Source of the DNA: Arcobacteraceae bacterium
GTDB lineage: Bacteria; Campylobacterota; Campylobacteria; Campylobacterales; Arcobacteraceae
Direction of reading: 5' to 3'
Assembly (NCBI GenBank): GCA_021107755.1
Contig: JAIOSF010000032.1
Coordinates: forward strand, 18,094 to 82,093
DNA: 64,000 bases
Numbering within the stretch: position 1 is the stretch's first letter; every line of letters begins with the position of its first letter. Under the pieces are notes generated by a model. It was not told the DNA's origin. It saw only the letters and a list, made by a program, of their open reading frames with translations, and did not search any database. Positions 39,483 through 49,359 of the stretch are shown here, piece after piece. Both the position numbers and the translations under genes were made by a program.

Positions 39483-41294
39483 ATGTGTGGAATTGTCGGG
39501 TATATAGGGAAACAAAATACAAGTAAAATATTAATAGATGGATTAAGAGAGTTAGAGTATAGAGGCTATGACAGTGCAGGTATTGCAATACTTGAAGATG
39601 ATAAACTAGATGTTTTTAAAGCAGTTGGTAAGATTGCAAATTTAGAAGCTAAAATAGAAACTTCAGCTTATGATACAGAGTCATCAAATTTTTCTATTGG
39701 TATTGGACACACAAGATGGGCAACTCACGGTAAACCAACAGAACTAAATGCTCATCCACACTTAGGGGAATACTCTTATGTGGTACATAATGGTATTATT
39801 GAAAACTATAAAGAGTTAAAAGATGAACTTATAAATTCAGGTCATAAGTTTGTATCTCAAACAGATACAGAGGTTATTGTTCATCTTTTTGAATACTATT
39901 TCAATAAAACAAATGATGCAAAAAAATCATTTCTTGATACTATTGCTAGACTTGAAGGTGCATATTCAATCCTTCTTATTACAAAATCACAACCAAATAG
40001 AATATTTTTTATGAAGCATGGTTCCCCTTTAGCTATTGCACATGGAAATAATAAAGATGAAATATTATTTGCATCTTCTGATGCTCCACTTATTGGATTG
40101 GCTTCTGATGTAGTATATCTCGAAGATGGTGTAAGTGGATATGCAATTGATGGAAATATTGTATTTAATCAAGAGGTGAAGTGGACAACACTTCCAACAA
40201 GTAAACAATTTGCTCAAAAAGATGGATTTCGTTTTTTTATGGAAAAAGAGATATATGAGCAACATGATGTGGTAACTGATAGTATGCTTGGAAGAATTAA
40301 AGATGATGAGATCAATTTTGAAGAGCTAAATGAGTCTTTATGTTCTGGAATAAATGAGATTAAAATCTGTGCTTGTGGTACATCGTATCATGCTGGTTTA
40401 ACAGCATCATATCTTTTTGAACGAATATCAAAGGTGAGATGTAGTGTTGAAATAGCAAGTGAGTTTAGATATAAAGAGCCATTGCTTAAAGATGATACAC
40501 TCTTTATCGTTATTTCACAAAGTGGTGAAACTGCAGATACCCTTGAAGCTTTAAAGATGGCAAAAAAAGCAGGACTTAAAAGTATAGCAGTATGTAATGT
40601 TGATAATAGTTCTATGACAAGAGTTGCCGATGCTACAGTATTAACTCGTGCAGGGATTGAAAAAGGTGTAGCTAGTACAAAAGCATTTTCAACCCAAACA
40701 GTTGTATTATGGATGATGGCTTTATATTTTGCTAAAGTAAATGAAACTATCGCTAAACAAGAACTTCACGAGCAACTAAAAGTTTTAAGAGAGGTTCCAA
40801 AGTCACTTATTGTTGAAGATAAACTACATGAAAAATGTCGAAGGTTATCAAAAAGATATCTTCATGGACATGGATTTTTCTTTATAGGTCGAGATGTGTT
40901 TTATCCACTAGCACTTGAAGGTGCTTTAAAACTCAAAGAGATAAGTTATCTTCACGCTGAAGGATATCCAGCAGGTGAGATGAAACATGGACCAATAGCC
41001 CTAGCAGATCCAGAACTATTTACAATTGCACTTATGCCACAACATTGTCACTATGATAAAATCAAATCAAATGTTGAAGAACTTAGTGCCAGAGATAGTA
41101 CAATATGTGCTATCAGTCCACTAGAATTTGAACTTAGTGATGATTTTATCAAAACAAAACCAACAGATCATTATATGTTAGAGTTTTTTGAGATGTTAGT
41201 TGTACTACAACTTTTATCAATGGAGATAAGTGTACGACTTGGAAATGATGTGGATATGCCACGAAATTTAGCAAAATCTGTTACTGTAGAGTAG
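39483..41294 (+). CDS. glmS: glutamine--fructose-6-phosphate aminotransferase
   Basis: MCGIVGY N-terminal Cys, two SIS domains, C-terminal KSVTVE. Confidence 0.95.
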   Translation: MCGIVGYIGKQNTSKILIDGLRELEYRGYDSAGIAILEDDKLDVFKAVGKIANLEAKIETSAYDTESSNFSIGIGHTRWATHGKPTELNAHPHLGEYSYVVHNGIIENYKELKDELINSGHKFVSQTDTEVIVHLFEYYFNKTNDAKKSFLDTIARLEGAYSILLITKSQPNRIFFMKHGSPLAIAHGNNKDEILFASSDAPLIGLASDVVYLEDGVSGYAIDGNIVFNQEVKWTTLPTSKQFAQKDGFRFFMEKEIYEQHDVVTDSMLGRIKDDEINFEELNESLCSGINEIKICACGTSYHAGLTASYLFERISKVRCSVEIASEFRYKEPLLKDDTLFIVISQSGETADTLEALKMAKKAGLKSIAVCNVDNSSMTRVADATVLTRAGIEKGVASTKAFSTQTVVLWMMALYFAKVNETIAKQELHEQLKVLREVPKSLIVEDKLHEKCRRLSKRYLHGHGFFFIGRDVFYPLALEGALKLKEISYLHAEGYPAGEMKHGPIALADPELFTIALMPQHCHYDKIKSNVEELSARDSTICAISPLEFELSDDFIKTKPTDHYMLEFFEMLVVLQLLSMEISVRLGNDVDMPRNLAKSVTVE

Positions 41295-41410
41295 TTTTAT
41301 CATCTAATCTATTTTACAGTTTTGTTTTGTTAATATTCAAAACTTTTACAAATATGTAAAACACATACTTTAATTAAAAATTTTTACTTTTCAAAATCTT
41401 AACAGATTTT

Positions 41411-41513
41411 ATGGAAAACAAAGATGGACAACAAAAGAATGGAAAACAGACGATGACTTTTTTAGAGGTTATTGCGGAAAACAAAAGAATGGAAAACAAA
41501 AATGGAAAACAAA
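41411..41513 (+). repeat. tandem ATGGAAAACAAA-like units in the metK leader and start region
   Basis: Units start at 41411, 41424, 41439, 41474 (GCGG variant), 41489 and 41502. Perfect 19-nt direct repeat aacaaaagaatggaaaaca at 41430-41448 and 41480-41498. Confidence 0.7.
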
Positions 41514-42725
41514 CAACACAACAAAAATCATTACCTATTTACAAGTGAAGTGGTAAGCCCAGGACACCCTGATAAATGTGCAGATATTATTGCAGATAGT
41601 ATAGTTGATAAACTTATTATTGGTGATGCTAAATCAAGAGTTGCAAGTGAAGTATTTGTAGCTGGGAAACATGTAGTTATAGGTGGAGAGGTTACAAGTG
41701 CAACAACTCTAACAACAGATGAATACAAACAAATTGCAATTGATGCACTAGAGAAAATAGGGTATCATGATAATGAATTTTTTACAGATGAAGAGTGTTT
41801 AAAACCTCAAAATGTAGAGGTACAAGTATTATTAAATAGACAATCTCCAGATATCAACCAAGGTGTTGATCAAGAAGATGGTGAAACAGGTGCTGGTGAT
41901 CAAGGGATCATGTTTGGTTATGCTGACCATGAAACAGAAAACTATATGCCAAGTGCTATTACATACGCAAGAATGCTAATGCAAAAAGTATATGATTATG
42001 CCTTAGCAAATCCAAATGAGCTAGGAGTTGATATTAAAACTCAAGTTACTATGGATTATGGTTGTAAAGAAAACTTTGAAAAATCACAACCGCAAAAAAT
42101 TGATACTATAGTTGTAAGTGCACCTTGTGTATCTAGTATGAATATTGGAACAGTAAGAACTTTAATCCAAAAACTTATAGATGAGACAGGACTACCAAGT
42201 GAATTATATAACAAAGATGAGTGTATCATTCATATAAATCCAACAGGAAAATATGTATCACATTCAAGTTTACATGATAGTGGATTAACTGGTAGAAAAC
42301 TTATTGTTGATAGTTTTGGTGGGTATTCTCCAATAGGTGGAGGAGCACAAAGTTCTAAAGATTATACAAAAGTTGATAGAAGTGGATTATATGCAGCTAG
42401 ATATATTGCAAAACATATTGTTGCTGCTGGTCTTGCTACAAAAGCTGTTGTACAAATCTCTTATGCTATTGGTGTTGCAAAACCAACATCAGTTGCAGTT
42501 GATACATATGGAACATATACATCATTAAATGATGATGCCTTATCTACATTTGTTGAAGAGAATTTTTCACTTACTCCAAATTGGATTACAAAAAAGTTTA
42601 ATCTTGACCATCCAAGTGCAGATACTTTCCTTTATGCTGATGTAGCAGCTCGTGGGCAAGTGGGTCAACCTGATTATCCTTGGGAAAAGCTTGATGAACT
42701 TGAAAAATTTCAAGAATTAAGATAA
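41502..42725 (+). CDS. metK: S-adenosylmethionine synthase
   Basis: YLFTSEVVSPGHPDKCADIIADSIVD, GAGDQGIMFGYA, GGGAQSSKDYTKVDRSG. ATG 41502 preferred over the track's TTG at 41472. Confidence 0.95.
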   Translation: MENKQHNKNHYLFTSEVVSPGHPDKCADIIADSIVDKLIIGDAKSRVASEVFVAGKHVVIGGEVTSATTLTTDEYKQIAIDALEKIGYHDNEFFTDEECLKPQNVEVQVLLNRQSPDINQGVDQEDGETGAGDQGIMFGYADHETENYMPSAITYARMLMQKVYDYALANPNELGVDIKTQVTMDYGCKENFEKSQPQKIDTIVVSAPCVSSMNIGTVRTLIQKLIDETGLPSELYNKDECIIHINPTGKYVSHSSLHDSGLTGRKLIVDSFGGYSPIGGGAQSSKDYTKVDRSGLYAARYIAKHIVAAGLATKAVVQISYAIGVAKPTSVAVDTYGTYTSLNDDALSTFVEENFSLTPNWITKKFNLDHPSADTFLYADVAARGQVGQPDYPWEKLDELEKFQELR

Positions 42726-42756
42726 AATAGCGCACTAAAATAGAAAAGGTAACTAT

Positions 42757-43635
42757 ATGGATTTAAATTTAAAAAGTTTTTTCAAAAAAATAAAAACAGA
42801 TATTTTAGAGAAGCAAAAAAATGACCCTCAGTTTATAGAGAATCAAAGTCATTGGGTAAAATGTCCCTCTTGTGAAGCTCTAATGTTTTTTAAAGAGGTT
42901 GAAAATTTAAATCATGTATGTCCTAAATGTAATTTTCACATGAGAATAGGGGCTAAAAAAAGAATAGACCTTCTTGCTGATGAGGGAAGTTTTGTAGAGT
43001 TTGATAGTGAATTACACCCTACCGACCCACTAAGTTTCGTTGATAGTAAATCGTACCAAAAAAGATTAGAAGAGGCATTACATAAAACTGGTAAAACCTC
43101 TTCAGTTGTAAGTGGAGAGTGTACTATTGATGGAATTGCAGTACAACTTGTTGTATTTGATTTCTCATTTTTAGGGGGAAGTTTAGGAAGCGTTGAGGGT
43201 GAGAAGATTGTTCGAGCTTGTAATAGAGCTATTGAAAAACGACAAGGTGTTATTATCATAAGTGCATCTGGTGGAGCTCGAATGCAAGAGTCAACTTTTT
43301 CTTTAATGCAGATGGCAAAAACAAGTGCAGCTTTACGAAAACTTGATAATGAAGGATTACCTTTTATCTCAATTTTAACTGACCCAACATTTGGTGGGGT
43401 AAGTGCATCTTTTGCTTTTCTTGGTGATATTATCATGGCAGAACCAGGCGCTTTAATAGGTTTTGCAGGTGCTAGAGTTATTAAACAAACTATAGGAAAA
43501 GATCTACCAGATGGTTTCCAAAAATCAGAGTTTTTACTTGAACATGGAAGTATCGATATGGTAACTCAAAGAAGTGAGATGAAACAAACTTTACATGATC
43601 TTTTAAAATTATTCTATAAAGATGCCGTTGCATAA
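42757..43635 (+). CDS. accD: acetyl-CoA carboxylase carboxyltransferase beta subunit
   Basis: Zn-ribbon CPSC...CPKC, then the carboxyltransferase domain FSFLGGSLG. Confidence 0.9.
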   Translation: MDLNLKSFFKKIKTDILEKQKNDPQFIENQSHWVKCPSCEALMFFKEVENLNHVCPKCNFHMRIGAKKRIDLLADEGSFVEFDSELHPTDPLSFVDSKSYQKRLEEALHKTGKTSSVVSGECTIDGIAVQLVVFDFSFLGGSLGSVEGEKIVRACNRAIEKRQGVIIISASGGARMQESTFSLMQMAKTSAALRKLDNEGLPFISILTDPTFGGVSASFAFLGDIIMAEPGALIGFAGARVIKQTIGKDLPDGFQKSEFLLEHGSIDMVTQRSEMKQTLHDLLKLFYKDAVA

Positions 43636-44212
43636 TACACAAATTTATGCTTTATGTGATATTGAATTATTAAATAAATTTAATTTTTCAATTTCACAAT
43701 ATTTGCAACATATTTCACAATATAATATTGTCTATATTCAATATAGAGATAAAATAAACTCTTTAGAGATTCAAAAACAAAATATTATTTTACTTAAATC
43801 ACTTACAAATATTCCTATTATTATCAATGATAAATTAGAACTTTTATCAATTGCAGATGGTTTACATTTAGGACAAGAAGATATACAAAGAGTTAAAAAT
43901 AAAGAGTTGAAAATTACTAATGATGAATTACTTTTTAAATTCTTACGAAAAAAATATCCTAATAAAATTTTTGGTATTTCAACTCACAATGAAAGAGAAA
44001 TCTTAGAAGCAAATAGATTAGATTTAGACTACATTGGTCTGGGTGCTTATCGAACTACAAATACAAAAGATGTACCAAATATACTTGGAGAAAACATCTC
44101 TTATTTAGCAAAAATATCAAAACATCCTGTTGGTGTAATAGGTGGTGTTACACTAGATGATGAGATAAAAAATATAACGTATTATGTCATAGGAAGTGGA
44201 CTTTTACAATAA
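43622..44212 (+). CDS. thiE: thiamine-phosphate synthase
   Basis: 196 aa. TIM-barrel ThiE-like pattern ([32 protein letters not shown]). Confidence 0.7.
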   Translation: MPLHNTQIYALCDIELLNKFNFSISQYLQHISQYNIVYIQYRDKINSLEIQKQNIILLKSLTNIPIIINDKLELLSIADGLHLGQEDIQRVKNKELKITNDELLFKFLRKKYPNKIFGISTHNEREILEANRLDLDYIGLGAYRTTNTKDVPNILGENISYLAKISKHPVGVIGGVTLDDEIKNITYYVIGSGLLQ

Positions 44213-44324
44213 GTACTCTAAACTTATAATAAGATTATAATATAAAATAAAATACAACACTATATTAATCTTAATAAATATAATGCTACTATTCTAAATA
44301 ATAATAATTATTAAGGAGTAATAA

Positions 44325-44696
44325 ATGGCACATGAAGGTTATCACGAAGATCCAAAAGAGTTATCAAGTTTTGCAAAAGATTATCATAGAATGATACAAA
44401 GTACTATGGAAGAGTTAGAAGCTGTTGATTGGTATAATCAAAGAGCTGAATGTGCTACTGATCCTGAAGCAAAAGCAGTTATGGAACATAATAGAGATGA
44501 AGAGATAGAACATGCTTGTATGGGTATTGAGTGGCTTAGGAAAAATTCTCCTGTATGGGATGCAATGTTACGTGAGTTTTTATTTCAAGATGGAAATATT
44601 GTGGGAAAAGAAAATGAGATGACAGGTAAAACTGAAGAGACTGATACACAAACAGTGACTAACAGTAGTCTAAATATTGGAAATAATAAAAAGTAA
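44325..44696 (+). CDS. encapsulated ferritin-like protein (EncFtn cargo)
   Basis: 123 aa. Di-iron EExxH-type motifs (MEELEAVDWY, RDEEIEHA). C-terminal SSLNIGNNKK resembles the encapsulin targeting peptide. Directly upstream of the shell gene. Confidence 0.75.
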   Translation: MAHEGYHEDPKELSSFAKDYHRMIQSTMEELEAVDWYNQRAECATDPEAKAVMEHNRDEEIEHACMGIEWLRKNSPVWDAMLREFLFQDGNIVGKENEMTGKTEETDTQTVTNSSLNIGNNKK

Positions 44697-44711
44697 AAAA
44701 GGAGAAATATA

Positions 44712-45515
44712 ATGGAAATTTTAAACAGAGCAAATGCCCCTTTTGGAGCTAGTGTTTGGAGTACAATAGATTTAACTTTAGGTGAATTTTTAACAAAAAG
44801 ATTGAACTTGAGAAGTGTTGTTGATTTTGATGGTGGATATAGTTATGAAACAGATAGTATACCTACAAAATATTCTACAGAAGTATCAAATAAAAATGGT
44901 GTATTAATTTCTACAAGAGAACCTATAAAAATGGTAGAGATTAAAAAAAGTTTTAAACTATCTAAATCTGTAATTGAAAATATAAAAAAAGGTATTGAAG
45001 ATTTTGATGATAAAGAGTTAGCAACTGCTGCAAATGAATTTTCATCTGTTGAAAACAATATGATATTAAGTGGATTGAAAGAGGCAAATATAGGAGGTAT
45101 CACAACAAATAAAGATATTAAAACAATAGAAGTTAAATCAACAAAAGATATTTTAGGTGCTGTTGCAAAATCATTAGGAACATTTAACCAAGAATTTGTG
45201 GATGGTACTTTTAAGTTAGTAATATCGAGTGCAACTATGGCAAAACTTTATACAGAATTTTTTGATGGAATTAGTGTCAAGACAAAACTAGATGATATTT
45301 TAGGTGCTGGAAATATTGTGATAAATCAAGATATTGGAGATAGTAAAGCTTTAATAATATCTCAAAGAGGTGGAGATTTTGAATTTTATAGTGGACTTGA
45401 CGTTTCAATTGGTTTTGAAAAAGATACTAAAGATACCGTAGAATTATTTCTTATTCAAAGTTGTGCTTTTAGAGTATTATCTCCAGAAGCAGCTATTGTT
45501 TTAGATATAAAATAA
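44712..45515 (+). CDS. family 1 encapsulin shell protein (linocin M18-like, HK97 fold)
   Basis: 267 aa. N-terminus MEILNRANAPFGASVWSTID is typical of encapsulins. Size and operon context fit. Confidence 0.75.
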   Translation: MEILNRANAPFGASVWSTIDLTLGEFLTKRLNLRSVVDFDGGYSYETDSIPTKYSTEVSNKNGVLISTREPIKMVEIKKSFKLSKSVIENIKKGIEDFDDKELATAANEFSSVENNMILSGLKEANIGGITTNKDIKTIEVKSTKDILGAVAKSLGTFNQEFVDGTFKLVISSATMAKLYTEFFDGISVKTKLDDILGAGNIVINQDIGDSKALIISQRGGDFEFYSGLDVSIGFEKDTKDTVELFLIQSCAFRVLSPEAAIVLDIK

Positions 45516-45522
45516 ATATAAA

Positions 45523-45545
45523 ACATAGAGATTTTTTCTCTATGT
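45523..45545 (+). terminator. rho-independent terminator of the encapsulin operon
   Basis: acatagaga-ttttt-tctctatgt, followed by a T-rich tract. Confidence 0.6.
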
Positions 45546-45624
45546 ACTTCTCTTTCTTCTTTTCAGATATTTAGTTCCATTATTGTAAAATACTTTTAAT
45601 AGATTAGTTATAATAGGAGTATGT

Positions 45625-46179
45625 ATGAAAACAATTTTAATACCAATAGCAAAAGGCTTTGAAGAGATTGAAGCTGTAAGCTTGATAGATGTTTTAAGAC
45701 GGGCAGAGATAAAAGTTATCGTTGCATCATTGGAAAATAATTTAGAAGTTCAAGGTGCTCATAATATAACTCTCATGGCAGATACAAATATCCAAAATGT
45801 CACTACTGAAGATATTGATATGATTTTATTACCAGGTGGTTGGGGTGGTACAAAATTATTAGCTCAAGATAAACATGTACAAAATTTATTAAAAGAGATG
45901 AATAATAAAAATAAAGATATAGCTGCAATTTGTGCAGCACCTTATGCTTTAAATAGTGCTGGAGTTTTATCTCAAAATTATACTTGTTATCCATCAGTTG
46001 AAGAAGAGATTAGAATAGAGGGATATCATCCAAATGAAAAAATTGTTGAAGATGGAAATATTATAACTTCAAGAGGTCCAGGAACTGCTATGTGTTTAGC
46101 ACTTTATATTGTGAAAAAATATAAAGGGGAAGAAACTTATAACTCTTTAAAGTCAGGATTATTAGTAGACTTTTGTTAA
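45625..46179 (+). CDS. DJ-1/PfpI family protein
   Basis: 184 aa. Nucleophile-elbow Cys in AAICAAP; LLPGGWGG. Confidence 0.85.
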   Translation: MKTILIPIAKGFEEIEAVSLIDVLRRAEIKVIVASLENNLEVQGAHNITLMADTNIQNVTTEDIDMILLPGGWGGTKLLAQDKHVQNLLKEMNNKNKDIAAICAAPYALNSAGVLSQNYTCYPSVEEEIRIEGYHPNEKIVEDGNIITSRGPGTAMCLALYIVKKYKGEETYNSLKSGLLVDFC

Positions 46180-46185
46180 TTAATT

Positions 46186-47130
46186 TTGATGGATAATTTT
46201 TCACAAGAACATACAGAACTATTACAATGGTATAAAAATAACGGACGCCATGATCTTCTATGGCGCAATACAAAAGAGATTTATCACATTTATCTAAGTG
46301 AGATAATGTTACAACAAACTCAAGTAAATAGAGTAATGAGTGAATATTACCCTAAATTTGTAGAGAAATTTCCAACACTAGAAAAACTCTCAACGGCATC
46401 CTTAGATGAAGTTTTATCTTATTGGAGTGGACTTGGATATTATTCAAGGGCAAGAAATCTTCATAAAACAGCCCAAAAGTGTCCAGATAGATTACCTGAA
46501 GATATAAATGAACTACAGAAACTACCAGGAATAGGGAGATATACCGCAAGTGCAATTTGTAGTTTTGGATATCATCAAGAGGTATCTGTAGTAGATACAA
46601 ATATTGCTCGTGTATTAAAACGATATTTTGCTACTTTAGATGTTTCAGATATAGAAGTTTGGGAAAGTGCGAATAAATTTTTGAATACGAAAGAACCAAC
46701 AAAACACAATCTTGCCCTTATGGATTTAGGTTCAATAGTTTGTACTCCTACAAATCCTTTATGTGAAAATTGTCCTTTATCTATAAGTTGTTTAGGGAAA
46801 AAAAATCCAGAACTGTACACACAAAAAAAGAAAAAAGAGTATGAGTCTTTAGAGTTATTTTACGGTATCTATGGAAGAGAAGATAAGATAGCTCTTGTTA
46901 AAACAACAGGAAAAATGTATAAAGGGATGTTAGAGTTACCTACTGTTGATCCTATAGAGGAGAATTTTATTGGACAGTTTAAACATAGTTATACAAAATA
47001 CCGATTAAGTGTAAAGCTTTATAAAATAGATAATTTAAGTGATGAAGTTATTTGGATTGATTTAGATAAAATTGATTCAACACCTATTTCATCATTGACA
47101 AAAAAGGCGTTGAAAAATTTTTTATTGTAG
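46186..47130 (+). CDS. mutY: A/G-specific adenine DNA glycosylase
   Basis: HhH-GPD LPGIGRYTA, catalytic VDTN, 4Fe-4S CTPTNPLCENCPLSISC, NUDIX-like C-terminus. Confidence 0.9.
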   Translation: MMDNFSQEHTELLQWYKNNGRHDLLWRNTKEIYHIYLSEIMLQQTQVNRVMSEYYPKFVEKFPTLEKLSTASLDEVLSYWSGLGYYSRARNLHKTAQKCPDRLPEDINELQKLPGIGRYTASAICSFGYHQEVSVVDTNIARVLKRYFATLDVSDIEVWESANKFLNTKEPTKHNLALMDLGSIVCTPTNPLCENCPLSISCLGKKNPELYTQKKKKEYESLELFYGIYGREDKIALVKTTGKMYKGMLELPTVDPIEENFIGQFKHSYTKYRLSVKLYKIDNLSDEVIWIDLDKIDSTPISSLTKKALKNFLL

Positions 47131-47131
47131 A

Positions 47132-47158
47132 GAGAGTTGAAAAGGAAACAACTCTTTT
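47132..47158 (+). terminator. terminator hairpin after mutY
   Basis: agagttg(47132-47138)/caactct(47148-47154) followed by TTTT. Confidence 0.5.
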
Positions 47159-47224
47159 GTATATGTCTTGTTAAATTTCGTACCTAATTGTAATAAACGA
47201 AAATGAAATGAAAATGAAATAGAC

Positions 47225-47392
47225 AACACAATCCAGTATTCAGTTTTAATTAAGATTAAAGAAAATAGCTTTAGTAGTTAACTACCTTTTATCTACTTCA
47301 AGTATAAATCTCTTAACTTATTGGATAAATCTCTTAAAATCACGCGTAATTTTTTTATTAATCTTAATCAAAACTGAATACTGGATTGTGTT
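47225..47392 (-). repeat. long-hairpin palindromic element, copy 2 (inverted relative to copy 1)
   Basis: Arms 47225-47259 and 47358-47392. Shares taacacaatc, gtttt..ttaagattaa.aaaaaaattacgcgtga and ctaaagctattttctttaatcttaa boxes with copy 1. Core carries a 13-nt direct repeat ataaatctcttaa at 47304 and 47325. Confidence 0.7.
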
Positions 47393-47401
47393 AAGAGGAT
47401 T

Positions 47402-48205
47402 TTAAAACTTAAAATCTTTTAAATTTCCTATCTCTGGTATTTTACCAACTTTTTCTCTAATAAGCATTGTTAGTCTATTGTTTGTATATGCAACATCAAA
47501 AAGCTCTAATGCTTTTATTAAGTCACCCAATTTATTAAAACCATGGTTAATTGGAGAAAATGAAGAGTTTTGTTTGATATATAATCCAATATTTTTTACA
47601 TCACTCCAATCATTGTCATCAGTAGTTTGATGTACTGCATTAAGGATAAATTTTTTGAGTTTTGTATCTCTTTTAATGTCATAGTTTTTTCCTATATATC
47701 CACTAGCTGAACTATAATCTTCAGTTACTAAAGTGTCATTCTCTTCTAATTTTGCAGGTGTAACTTTTGATGATAACTTTTCAACATAGATAAATTGAGA
47801 ACAGGCATTTGTAAAAGCCATTGGAGTTTTTTCTTCCCCATATCCATATACAGTTAACCCATTTGCTAATATTCTTGTAACTATTGGAGTAAAATCACTA
47901 TCACTTGTAACAAGTGCTACACCGCTTAACTCTTTTGTATACAATAGATCCATAATATCTATAATCATAGCTATATCTGTAGCATTTTTCCCTTGTGTGT
48001 AGGCAAATTGTTGAATTGGTTGGATATTATGTTGTTGTAACAGTTTCTCCCAACCTATGAGTTTTTTATCTTTCCAGTTCCCATAGGCCCGTCTTATATT
48101 TACTGTTCCATATTTTGCAATATCATTAAAAATATCTTCTGCATACTTATGACTTACATTATCACAATCTATAAGAATCGAAATGTTTTGTTGCTCATTT
48201 TTCAT
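47402..48205 (-). CDS. NYN (LabA-like) ribonuclease domain protein with C-terminal OST-HTH/LOTUS domain
   Basis: ISILIDCDNVSHKY...IRRAYGNW...LVTSDSDFTP (NYN/PIN-like acidic residues). C-terminal ~70 aa resembles LOTUS. Confidence 0.7.
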   Translation of the reverse strand: MKNEQQNISILIDCDNVSHKYAEDIFNDIAKYGTVNIRRAYGNWKDKKLIGWEKLLQQHNIQPIQQFAYTQGKNATDIAMIIDIMDLLYTKELSGVALVTSDSDFTPIVTRILANGLTVYGYGEEKTPMAFTNACSQFIYVEKLSSKVTPAKLEENDTLVTEDYSSASGYIGKNYDIKRDTKLKKFILNAVHQTTDDNDWSDVKNIGLYIKQNSSFSPINHGFNKLGDLIKALELFDVAYTNNRLTMLIREKVGKIPEIGNLKDFKF

Positions 48206-48259
48206 ATTGTTGTTACCACCATTTTTTGGATATTGTATACTTTACTTGTAAACTTAAAA

Positions 48260-48661
48260 TTAATCTTCCATCATCTCTTTATTACTTAAGATATCAATAA
48301 TACTTGAAGAGCGTTGAAATCCTGCGAAAGGGTATTTTACATCTATTTTATTGTCTTTGTTTATTTTTAAAATATATGTTGTAGGGAAATACTCAACCTC
48401 TCCAAAATTTCCTGTTTGAATAAGTTCTTTAAAAACTTTTGTACCTCTCATAACTTTTAGGAATTCAATCTCTTGAAATTTAGGTTGTACTTTTTTTACA
48501 ATACTTTTCTCTTGCCTCACACAATAAGGGCAAAACTCCATTGAAAATATTAAAACAATATTTTTGTTTTGAGGAATATCAGAGAATTTATCAATCACTT
48601 TTAAACTATCAGCAAAAATAACTTGGGTTAAAATCATTAATATAAAAATAGTTTTTTTCAT
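48260..48661 (-). CDS. periplasmic thioredoxin-fold protein
   Basis: Signal peptide, CPYC redox motif. Confidence 0.65.
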   Translation of the reverse strand: MKKTIFILMILTQVIFADSLKVIDKFSDIPQNKNIVLIFSMEFCPYCVRQEKSIVKKVQPKFQEIEFLKVMRGTKVFKELIQTGNFGEVEYFPTTYILKINKDNKIDVKYPFAGFQRSSSIIDILSNKEMMED

Positions 48662-49215
48662 TGCTTAGTACCTTTTTTTATAGTGTATCCTTCTGTAATA
48701 AACGAGAAGGCTCTGTTACCTGTATTATTTACCATAACTGCTTGAATTACAGGAGATAAAAGTGTTTGAGAACCTTCCCACTTGATGATAAAATTGGCTC
48801 CAGAACCACCTCTCATATCACGAAGGTCTACAATAAAATCTATTGAAGCCATGGGTTTTAAATAGTGTGGTTTATCAATAAAAGTTTCAATTAAATCACC
48901 TTTGGTGTTATAGTAAAGTATATTTTTAACTAACATATTCTCATCACTATCGGTATTTCTTATACTCAGTGTAATACCCATTCTTTCATATTTCTCTTCA
49001 GAGGTATATACATGAGAATAAACTGGTACATATACTGTTTTAGTAGTTTGTTGCTCCATATTAGAAGTAGTTGCCGGGTAAAAATAACTATGTTCTCTTT
49101 GTTTTTTATCAGTTACCTCCTTTTTATCACTGCAACCTATAGTGAAAAAAGAGTATAAAAATAGAACAATGAGTATTTTTAGAGTGGTTTTTGTTTTCAA
49201 ATTTTCAAACTCCAT
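48658..49215 (-). CDS. DUF3124-like lipoprotein
   Basis: Lipobox FTIGC. VYVPVYSHVY, LSIRNTD and GGSGANFIIKW match the remembered DUF3124 pattern. Confidence 0.55.
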   Translation of the reverse strand: MEFENLKTKTTLKILIVLFLYSFFTIGCSDKKEVTDKKQREHSYFYPATTSNMEQQTTKTVYVPVYSHVYTSEEKYERMGITLSIRNTDSDENMLVKNILYYNTKGDLIETFIDKPHYLKPMASIDFIVDLRDMRGGSGANFIIKWEGSQTLLSPVIQAVMVNNTGNRAFSFITEGYTIKKGTKQ

Positions 49216-49359
49216 ATTTTAATTATTTGTAACTGTAGAGATATTATACTAAATTATATTAAATTGTTTATAATAAGTAGATAACAAAATTTAGGGGATT
49301 TTTAAAAAATACTGATACAATTTATTCTTATTAGTTAGAATAGAAGTGGGAGTAGTAGT

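Noticed and set aside
41472-41501. TTG start at 41472 for metK.
   Set aside because: It adds a basic repeat-encoded peptide (MRKTKEWKTK) with no counterpart in MetK proteins. The in-frame ATG at 41502 is closer to the conserved YLFTSE N-terminus.
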